This document shows positions 1 through 7,465 of a stretch of DNA of 64,000 bases, one piece after another. A model generated the notes under the pieces. That model did no database searches. It was not told the origin of the DNA and saw only the letters and a list, made by a program, of their open reading frames with translations. The stretch is from a virus, in the IMG/VR virus record IMGVR_UViG_3300031949_000010; one strand, 5' to 3'. The stretch's first letter is position 1, and each line of letters begins with the position of its first letter. The position numbers were made by a program, and so were the translations under genes.

Positions 1-1
1 C

Positions 2-97
2 AGGTTCACGAAGGGACGCCGGAAGGGCATGAACTGCCGGAAGGTCGGCAGGGGCAAGCGCCGCCGGATGCTCTGCTGTCCGAAGAAGCGCCGGTAG
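2..97 (+). CDS. C-terminal end of a very basic Cys-containing protein (partial, runs off window)
   Basis: Manual translation RFTKGRRKGMNCRKVGRGKRRRMLCCPKKRR*; too short for the ORF track. Confidence 0.55.
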   Translation, partial: RFTKGRRKGMNCRKVGRGKRRRMLCCPKKRR

Positions 98-168
98 GCG
101 CGGCGCGGGCCGGAGGACGCGGCGGCGCGCCGCGGCGCGTCCCGGCCGGCCCCTAGGAGGGCCGATCC

Positions 169-336
169 ATGGGCATGATGGTGTCGCTTCTCACGTCCAA
201 GCTGAGGGCCCTGCGCGGGCTCGGGCTCGGGGACGCGGCGAAGGCGGCGATTCGGGCGGTCGGGGTCAAGAAGGACGACTGCGGGGGCTGCGAGAAGCGC
301 CGGAAGGCGCTCAACCGCTTCCGCCTCCCGAGGTAG
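169..336 (+). CDS. Small basic GLGD...CxxC protein (55 aa), viral-type
   Basis: SD aggagg upstream; MGMMVSLLTSKLRALRGLGLGDAAKAAIRAVGVKKDDCGGCEKRRKALNRFRLPR; resembles the GLGD..CGGC.KR..LN small proteins recalled from phage metagenomes. Confidence 0.7.
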   Translation: MGMMVSLLTSKLRALRGLGLGDAAKAAIRAVGVKKDDCGGCEKRRKALNRFRLPR

Positions 337-338
337 GC

Positions 339-689
339 ATGCCGCCCTGGGCCCTCGCCCGGCTACGCTCCTCGGGCACCCCGCCCGGCTGGTCCGGGTC
401 GGTCCTGTCGGGGGCGCGTTCGCTCGTCCTGTGGGCAGAGCGGAGCCCGAGGACTGCCTTCATGGCGGGGATCGAGCCCCTTGCGGTCGAGTCGCGACTT
501 CTCCTTTCGGGACCGACGTCCATGGCGTCGCTCTCCCGGATGCGGGACCTTCAGGCGGAGGCTTGCCGGAGGGCAGAGGTGCGGGAGGCCGAGCTCGCCG
601 CAGCCCCCGGAAGGGACGTGCTCGGGGCGCTCGGCGCGGGGTTCTCGATCGCGAGCTCCGCTGTAATGATCGTCGTGGCCCTGGCCTGA
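339..689 (+). CDS. Tail-anchored membrane protein (116 aa)
   Basis: C-terminal hydrophobic segment VLGALGAGFSIASSAVMIVVALA; follows the previous stop directly. Confidence 0.65.
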   Translation: MPPWALARLRSSGTPPGWSGSVLSGARSLVLWAERSPRTAFMAGIEPLAVESRLLLSGPTSMASLSRMRDLQAEACRRAEVREAELAAAPGRDVLGALGAGFSIASSAVMIVVALA

Positions 690-705
690 ACTGGAAAGGA
701 ACCCG

Positions 706-1545
706 ATGGTGCCTCTGAGGAAGAACCAGATGGGCTGAGGGGGAGGATCCCCCCCGCCGCCCCTTCCGCCGTCGGCGGACGAGGGCGACGGAAACGGCGC
801 TGTGGCGCTGCCATCCTCTCCGGCAGCCGCTCGTCCCGGCGCGTCCCTCCGGGGAGGCCAGGGAGGCGAGGCCATTCCGGCCTGGAATGCCCAGGGGCTG
901 GCGCCGACCGAGGAATCGAGGCTCGAGGCGGCAGGGCTAACGCCCTACCGAGGCCCGGTTCATCCGGGGGCGTCCAAGCCGTCCATCGGGGGCGCGTCGA
1001 TCCCCTGGCTTCTCGTGCGCGGCCTAGGCCAGACGCCAACCCTGCCGCCGGCACCCGTCTCGGACGAGCCGCCCCAGCCGGGGCCGGTGCCGCCGGCCAC
1101 GCCCCAGGCGCCGAGGGGGGGCGTCCGCATGGGGCCCCCTCCCGCCCCCCGGCCCGCCCAGGCGCGGGCCAAGGTGGCCAAGGCACAGGCGGCGAAGTTC
1201 CTGCACCTCGCGGACGAGTCCCTGGTCGAGATCCGGGGCACGCTCGTCAAGGCGGCGTCGCCGGCGCCGAGAGACCGGGACCGCATGGCGGCGCGCGCGA
1301 TCGGCCAGTGCATGAGGGCCCTCGCGAGGGCGGTCGATCCTCTGGGACGGGCGATGAAGGAGCTCCGAGCAGCCAGGGACGAGGGCCGGGACGCCTCGCT
1401 CTCGGATGATGAGCTCGGGGCCCTCGAGGCCTTCTCGACGTGCGCGGAGCGCGCGGCAGAGGAGCGCCGCAGTCACCGGAAGGCGGAGGCGGCCGTGGGC
1501 GGAGGCGTGCCCGCAGTCCTCACGCTCGCGCTGCTCGTGCTTTAG
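706..1545 (+). CDS. Pro-rich, tail-anchored putative virion membrane protein, paralog family A; in-frame TGA at 736-738
   Basis: ATG 706 with SD aagga is in frame with the tracked ORF 802..1545; C-terminal helical domain plus TM (VGGGVPAVLTLALLVL) aligns with ORFs 50844, 52509 and 53315. Confidence 0.75.
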
Positions 1546-1581
1546 GCTCTTGGAGACGCCCGCTCGGCGGGTGGGACGACC

Positions 1582-2547
1582 ATGGCGATCAGGGCCGGCC
1601 TCGGCTGACCCGACGACCAGTTTGAGGAAGGGTCCGGCCCGGAGGGCGTGGACCTGGCCGGGGGCGCGGTCTGGATCGGCGTCTCCGTGACGCCTGCAGA
1701 CCGGGCGGGAAACGTGCGGACGGCCCGGGGCTCCGCGATCGGCGCGGCGCTTTGCGGCCCCGACGGGGGGCCCCCGGCGGGTGAATGGGCCATCGAGCTC
1801 CACACCGACCGCGCGCTTCCCCCTCGGTCTCAGGGCGCGGCGAAGCCGGCCGGACCGGCCGTAGGGCCGATGCTGGAGAGGATGGTAGACCCCGAGGGCC
1901 CGTGCGCCCTCACGCACGCGCGCCTCGTCTGCCATGAAGGACGCGGGGAGTCCAGCCGGGCCGTGCGGTTCGAGCCGCCGGTTCTCTTCGGAGCAGATGA
2001 GCTCGCCCTGGTCAGGGTCGAGGTCCGAAGGGCCCCGGAGGTGCGGGTTCCCGCTCCCCGGATCGTGATCCGGAAGGAGCCCGAGCCGGAAGGGCATCAG
2101 CCCAGGCTCTCATGCGCCCCCCAGGAGGGGCTGAAGGGAGGATCCATGGCACGCCGCGCATTGGGAGCGATCGAGGACCAGATCAAGCAGGCCCGGGAGT
2201 TGATGGACCGCTTCGTCACCCTCAACCCCTCGAGGGACGACAAGAACGAGGTGGACCTGAAGCTCTCGAAGTGTGAGGGGCTCTACGAGGCGGAGAACAT
2301 CGTCAATCTGCCGCTCATCACGCACATCGCGAGCTCGGTCTGCTTCGACGAGTTGATCGACAAACTCCAGAGCATGGTCGCGAGGTACACAAGGACCCCG
2401 GTGCCTACTCCCGGCGCCAAGCCGGCTGAAGGCATGCCCTGGTATGCCTGGGCGGGGATCGGACTGGGGGCGCTGGCTGGGCTCGGATTTTTGGCTTGGG
2501 CGGTGGCGCCAAAGCCGGCGGCCGCACCCGGGAGGAGAGCGGCATGA
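1582..2547 (+). CDS. Hypothetical protein (beta-rich N half) in frame with a downstream membrane protein; in-frame TGA at 1606-1608
   Basis: ATG 1582 MAIRAGLG*PDDQFEEG is in frame with the tracked ORF 1648..2547. Confidence 0.55.
2146..2547 (+). CDS. Helical membrane protein with near-C-terminal TM (133 aa), probably with its own start
   Basis: Strong SD gaagggagg before ATG; MARRALGAIEDQ...PWYAWAGIGLGALAGLGFLAWAV. Confidence 0.7.
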   Translation: MARRALGAIEDQIKQARELMDRFVTLNPSRDDKNEVDLKLSKCEGLYEAENIVNLPLITHIASSVCFDELIDKLQSMVARYTRTPVPTPGAKPAEGMPWYAWAGIGLGALAGLGFLAWAVAPKPAAAPGRRAA

Positions 2548-2637
2548 TCGGCCCGGCGAAGCCAGAGCCGAACCAGCCCCCGACTGACGACGACTTCCTC
2601 GATGACGAGGTGGGCCAGACGATGGACGGAGAATAGG

Positions 2638-2952
2638 ATGGGTTTCCTGAGCAAGGCAGCGAAGTTGATCGTGGGCGGGGGCCCCGAGGCGGAGGGACTC
2701 GCCATCCTCCGGGAATCGCTCGCGGAGCTCGATCGCGCGACCGCGGCCGATCCAGGCCGCGTGGTCGACGGGCGATGGCATGAGGCCAGGGCGCTCAAAG
2801 TCATCCTCTCGCAACTCCGATCGAGGGGCCTAGTCGGTGCCGAGTCCGAAGCCGAGGCACTCCGTATCATCTCCGAGCACGAGTCCAAGGGGGCGCAGGA
2901 CCGGGAGGCGGCCGACGCATACCGTCGGATCCAGGGGCAGGCCTCCCCGTGA
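2638..2952 (+). CDS. Hypothetical protein (MGFLSKAAKLIVGG..., 104 aa)
   Basis: Start overlaps the stop of a 30-aa acidic ORF (2544..2636); GTGA coupling to the next gene. Confidence 0.6.
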   Translation: MGFLSKAAKLIVGGGPEAEGLAILRESLAELDRATAADPGRVVDGRWHEARALKVILSQLRSRGLVGAESEAEALRIISEHESKGAQDREAADAYRRIQGQASP

Positions 2953-3428
2953 TCCCGAGACTCCCGTTCCCGCCCAGGACGATCCCCCTCGCGGACGAGC
3001 TCCTATGGGGGAATTCGGCACGCGACCTCGCCTGGGCGGAAGCGAACCTGGACCGCCTCCGGCAGGCGGCTACCGACGCGTTCAATCGGGTCATCCGAGC
3101 CACCGGGACGCGGCAGCAGGCCGTGGCCCTCTGGAGCAAGGCCGAGCACAGGGAGGCCCGGATGAGGACTCCGGAATCTGGGCGCAACGTCATGGAGGCC
3201 GAGTCCCTCTACAGGGCTGCGGTGGCCCATGCGGACGCCGCGAGGGCGGAGTTTGATCGGCTGAACGCCCATGTCCGGACCTCCGAAGCGTCCGTCATGA
3301 GGATGCGCCAGGCCCTCCCGGCGCGGCTTCGCGGCGGAATAGGCAAAATGTTGCCCGTGCAGGCTCCGATGGCGACGCGGGCCCGGTTCTCGCCCTGGAT
3401 CATCCCCGGGAACTCTTGGGGGACATGA
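2949..3428 (+). CDS. Coiled-coil protein with Pro/aromatic C-tail (family B)
   Basis: Long Ala/Arg helix, then ...FSPWIIPGNSWGT. Confidence 0.65.
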   Translation: MIPRLPFPPRTIPLADELLWGNSARDLAWAEANLDRLRQAATDAFNRVIRATGTRQQAVALWSKAEHREARMRTPESGRNVMEAESLYRAAVAHADAARAEFDRLNAHVRTSEASVMRMRQALPARLRGGIGKMLPVQAPMATRARFSPWIIPGNSWGT

Positions 3429-4144
3429 TGGCGGCATCGACCTTGTCCAGACAGGCGCTCTCCGGGGCCACGCGCGCCAGCTTCCACGTGGAGGCGTCCA
3501 CGGGGCGCAGGTGGTGGGCGTTCGCGGGCCCAGCGGGACGAGTGGTAGTCGAGCCCGAGACGCCGGCACTTGCGGAGGGGCTCGCAGGCGTCCGGATGGG
3601 CGAGCTCGTCGTGGATGACAAGACCGGCCGCGAGATCCTCGACCGGATCTCCTCCATGGAGGCCCGGGCTGCGCTCGCGCAGCAGGTCGCGCGGACCTAT
3701 CCCATCGAGGCTGGCCGGCATGGGCTCCCGAGCGCGATCTCCGAGTGGCGCGCCCAGATGGACCGGGACCGCGCTGTCGTCGACCGCCTGAAGAGGGATG
3801 CCCAGAGGGCAATCATCGTCCGGACCTGGGGCTCGGCATCGGACGAGGATTTGGCGATCCTGGGCAGGCTCGAGGACGGGGCGATCTCTCTCGAGGAGCG
3901 CGCCCATACGGTCGAGGCGGCTGCGAAGCCCCCCGCCGGCACTCGGCCGCCCATCCCCCCGGTGGTCCAGGAGCCATCGGGCGAGGGCGGCATCTCCACG
4001 CTCGGATGGGTCGGGATCGGTGCCGGCGCGCTAGTTGTGATCGGGGTCATGGCCGCCGCCATCTCGGGCGCGTCCGGTACCGTGATGTCGGGGTCGGAGT
4101 TCCGGGTTCCAGGGCCACGAAAGGAGGACGCATGGCGGCGGTGA
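3425..4144 (+). CDS. Membrane protein with Pro linker and near-C-terminal TM
   Basis: ATGA overlap; TM ISTLGWVGIGAGALVVIGVMAAAI. Confidence 0.7.
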   Translation: MMAASTLSRQALSGATRASFHVEASTGRRWWAFAGPAGRVVVEPETPALAEGLAGVRMGELVVDDKTGREILDRISSMEARAALAQQVARTYPIEAGRHGLPSAISEWRAQMDRDRAVVDRLKRDAQRAIIVRTWGSASDEDLAILGRLEDGAISLEERAHTVEAAAKPPAGTRPPIPPVVQEPSGEGGISTLGWVGIGAGALVVIGVMAAAISGASGTVMSGSEFRVPGPRKEDAWRR

Positions 4145-4365
4145 AATTCAAGGTGAACGCCGGAAACGACACGAACGGTAACCCGCGCCGCGGATGGGTC
4201 ATCCTTTCCTCTGAGACAGGTGAGCTGCGGGACTTCGTGGACGAGGGATACGAGGGCACAGGCGCGCTGGACCGGAAGGGGTACGGCGCGTCGCCTGGCG
4301 ACCTCGAGATCGAAGTCAAGCCGTCCGTGTACAGAGAGTTCATGCGACTGGAGAAGGGGGCGTAG
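4141..4365 (+). CDS. Small viral hypothetical protein (NDTNGNPRR motif, 74 aa)
   Basis: SD aaggagg and GTGA overlap; MKFKVNAGNDTNGNPRRGWVIL...DEGYEG. Confidence 0.65.
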   Translation: MKFKVNAGNDTNGNPRRGWVILSSETGELRDFVDEGYEGTGALDRKGYGASPGDLEIEVKPSVYREFMRLEKGA

Positions 4366-4369
4366 GGTC

Positions 4370-4858
4370 GTGGCGGACCTCACGATCGACCGGCTCGCCG
4401 CCCAGAGCATGCTGAACGCCTTTGCCATCATCGAGGCACACATCGAGATGGCGAGGGTCATCCTGGGGACGTTCCCGGAGGACTCCCAGAAGTTGGGCCT
4501 GACGGAGGCTGTCGTCTTTTGGAAGGACCGGATGCGTTCGCTTCAGGCCTGGTACGACGGGCTGAGGAGGACGGCCGCGCTGACGTGGCTCGACGGGCAG
4601 CCTCGGGGGGTGCCGGCGGACGCGTGGTCCTCGCTCAACACGCTGGACGACGCAGCCTCCTCGATCGCCTTCAAGGCCGGGGATGTTCTCCAGGCCCGCG
4701 GACATCCGAGGGACTTCTGGAAGGGCATCCCCATCCTCCCGGAGGTCATGGCCGCGAAGTACGGCTCCACAGGCGCATCGACCGGACAGATAATCCTGGC
4801 GACCGGCGCCGCCGTGGGCGTCCTCGGAATCGCGCTCTGGGCCTTCGGGGCATTCTAA
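4370..4858 (+). CDS. Tail-anchored helical membrane protein (162 aa)
   Basis: C-terminal TM IILATGAAVGVLGIALWAFGAF. Confidence 0.7.
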   Translation: MADLTIDRLAAQSMLNAFAIIEAHIEMARVILGTFPEDSQKLGLTEAVVFWKDRMRSLQAWYDGLRRTAALTWLDGQPRGVPADAWSSLNTLDDAASSIAFKAGDVLQARGHPRDFWKGIPILPEVMAAKYGSTGASTGQIILATGAAVGVLGIALWAFGAF

Positions 4859-4863
4859 GATCC

Positions 4864-6537
4864 ATGGAAGATTCCGCTGCGGCCATCCCGGTCCCAGGAA
4901 CCCTCCTGGACCCCCCGGCCGCCCCAAGCCGCGCCGTCCGGGTCTTGCGCCTGAACGGCCATATGGGCGACGTCGTGATGGCCCTCCCGGTCCTCCGCGC
5001 CTTCCGAAGGGCGCATCCCCTCGACCGGATCCACTTTCTCGCGCAACCGAAATACCATCCCGTGCTCAAGGGGAACAGGGACGTGGATTTCGTGCGGGCC
5101 CTGGGGACACTCAAGGGGACCCCGGGGCATATCGACCTGGCGGACTTCCGCCGGCGCCCATGGGCGGCACGCTGGAGACACGTCGTCGACGCGATGGGTG
5201 ACGCCTGCGGGGTCGAAATCCAGGACCGGGCCTACCGCATGGTGATCCCGGGGGATGACGCGCGCTGGGCGGAAAACGAGGCGGCCGCGCTCGGCCAATT
5301 CGCGGTGATGCACGCCAGCTCCGCCATGGATTCAAAGGACTGGCCGATCGAGCGCTTCGGGACGCTGGCCGGCCGCCTGATCGGCGAGCTCTCGCTCAGG
5401 GTCGTCCAGATCGGCGCGAACGAGGACGCCCAGGTCGCCTGTCCGGGCGTGGTCGATCGGAGGGGCGCACTCTCGATCACCCAGTCGGCCGCCCTCATGG
5501 CGAGGGCGCAACTCTTCGTGGGGGTCGATTCCGGGCCCATGCACCTGTCCCGCGCCGCGCGCGAGGTGCCGGCAGTCGTTCTCTGGGGCGCTGGATCCCC
5601 GGTGACGACCGGGCTACCGGGCGGGCGCATCGCTAACCTGGACCCCGTCCGCTGGTGCGGGCACGGTGGCAGGCCCTGCCATTCCCGCTGCGACTGGACC
5701 TCGAAGTGCATCTCGGAGATCCACGAGGAGGACGCGTTCCGCGCGTGCGCCCGGGTCACGGGGCTCGTGCCCGAAGGGCCAGACCTCTCGATCATCCTCG
5801 TCAACTGGAATTCATGGGTCAAGTCGACCCACCCCATGGTCTCGAGGATCGACCGAACCTTGCGGGACGAAAGGGTTGAGCTCATCCTGATCGACAACGG
5901 CTCTCCAGCGGACGAGCAGCACGCTATCCAGTCGCTCTCGCGGCCATACCCCGTAAAGAGGGCAATCTGGCCGTCCAACCGCGGCTTGCCGGCCGCATGG
6001 AACGATGCCTCGAGGCTGGCTTCCGGCCGGATCCTCGCATTCATGAACACCGACCTCGACCTAGAGCCCGGGTGGGCGTCCTTCGCGATCGACTTCTTCC
6101 GTCGTAATCCCGCCGCCGACGTCCTCGGCCTGTCGGGAAACGAACCGCCCATGGCCTTCGGGCCCGGCCTGGCCAGGGAGAAGCTGCCGCTCGAGAGGGG
6201 ACGTACGACCCGTTGTCACCACATGATCGGATCCTGCTTCCTCGTGCGTAGGGAGGCCCTGGACCGCGTCGGCGATTTCGACCTCCGGTTCACGCCTGGC
6301 TACTGCGAAGACACGGACTGGTTCATGAGGGCCTCGCTGATGGGATCTCAGGTGTGGCACCACGCCGGTTTCGTGACGCATCGAGGCCACGAGGTCACCG
6401 TAAACATCAACAGAACCGACCTACGCCCCATCATCGCGCGGAACGACGCGTACTTCGAAGGGAAATGGGCGGGCGCCGAGCCGTCCAGGCTTTCTAAAGA
6501 AGCCCCAGCCGAGCGGCCAGCCGAGGTGGTCGCATGA
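4864..6537 (+). CDS. Fusion of GT9 (heptosyltransferase-like) and GT2 glycosyltransferases
   Basis: GT9 motifs HMGDVVMALP, KDWPIERF, FVGVDSGPMHL; GT2 motifs SIILVNWNS, LIDNGS, NRGLPAAWN, FMNTD, YCEDTDW. Confidence 0.9.
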   Translation: MEDSAAAIPVPGTLLDPPAAPSRAVRVLRLNGHMGDVVMALPVLRAFRRAHPLDRIHFLAQPKYHPVLKGNRDVDFVRALGTLKGTPGHIDLADFRRRPWAARWRHVVDAMGDACGVEIQDRAYRMVIPGDDARWAENEAAALGQFAVMHASSAMDSKDWPIERFGTLAGRLIGELSLRVVQIGANEDAQVACPGVVDRRGALSITQSAALMARAQLFVGVDSGPMHLSRAAREVPAVVLWGAGSPVTTGLPGGRIANLDPVRWCGHGGRPCHSRCDWTSKCISEIHEEDAFRACARVTGLVPEGPDLSIILVNWNSWVKSTHPMVSRIDRTLRDERVELILIDNGSPADEQHAIQSLSRPYPVKRAIWPSNRGLPAAWNDASRLASGRILAFMNTDLDLEPGWASFAIDFFRRNPAADVLGLSGNEPPMAFGPGLAREKLPLERGRTTRCHHMIGSCFLVRREALDRVGDFDLRFTPGYCEDTDWFMRASLMGSQVWHHAGFVTHRGHEVTVNINRTDLRPIIARNDAYFEGKWAGAEPSRLSKEAPAERPAEVVA

Positions 6538-7283
6538 GCAGGCAGACGCGGCGAGGCGCCGAAAATGTCCGGCAGGACCTGGCGACGAAGGAGCTTCGCC
6601 GTATCGCGCTACTCTGCCCGAATGGGATGGCCCGCAAGATCCTCTCTCAGGTGAAGGCCGAGCACCGGGCCAGGATTGAGGATGACCGGCGGCTCGTGAA
6701 GGACGTCCGGGGCAGGGGCGGCGTGTGCTTCCCGGGGGGCATGACAAGGGAGGAATGGGGAGACCGGCTACCGCGATCGCTGCACGGCCGTAAACGCCAC
6801 TGCGCCCCGAGCGACGAACTTGCCCAGGAGCTCTACGATCGGGGCCAACTTCCAGACCCGTCGACGGACGCGGTTCTTGACAAACTCTCGGGCGCGTACA
6901 CGCGCTCCCGCTCGGCCGTGCCGGCGCCGGACGAGAAGGAACTCCTCAAGGAGGCCAAGCGCCTAATCGGGGACGAGGTCCGGCTGGCCGTCCGGGAACT
7001 GGTAAAGAGCGCCGAAAGCCACTGCGAAGCTGCGTGTCCGCAGCCGCTTGAGGTATCCCTTTCGGGCCTGACAAGGGGATACTCGCTGGGCGCCGCGCAC
7101 GACCGATCTGCCACCATCGACGAGCGCCGGAAGGGGCTCCTACGGCTCGCGCGGCGCAAGGGATGCGCTCCCGTTCTACAAAGCCTCAAGATCGCTCGTA
7201 TCAAGGTCCGCGGCCGCGCGAGGGCGTCCGTTTCGGCGGACATCGCGTGGCTCCGGGTGCGAGGGCCCTGTTCGGCCAGATGA
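6534..7283 (+). CDS. Basic protein with C-terminal DUF5771-like domain
   Basis: C-terminal RGYS...ERRKGL.R.ARRKG...V...L......ADIAWLR parallels the C-half of ORF 54397..54810. Confidence 0.6.
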   Translation: MSRQTRRGAENVRQDLATKELRRIALLCPNGMARKILSQVKAEHRARIEDDRRLVKDVRGRGGVCFPGGMTREEWGDRLPRSLHGRKRHCAPSDELAQELYDRGQLPDPSTDAVLDKLSGAYTRSRSAVPAPDEKELLKEAKRLIGDEVRLAVRELVKSAESHCEAACPQPLEVSLSGLTRGYSLGAAHDRSATIDERRKGLLRLARRKGCAPVLQSLKIARIKVRGRARASVSADIAWLRVRGPCSAR

Positions 7284-7465
7284 GTTCATTTCCTCTATAA
7301 GTGAAGTTTGTATAAGGCCTCCTTGAGAGCGCGAGGGGGCGGCTCGCGGATTGCCCGTTGCTGGCTGGCGCATAGGAGGCTTCCTTTAAGAGCATCTGTA
7401 AAAGGCCGACCGGCCAAAACTAGGCATGGCGCAGATCCGCTATCTAGCGACTATAGACTTCTAAA

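Noticed and set aside
7284-7465. Defined promoter in the AT-rich gap before the spike cassette
   Set aside because: Probably regulatory, but no convincing -35/-10 pair or copy of the N8 palindrome could be placed.
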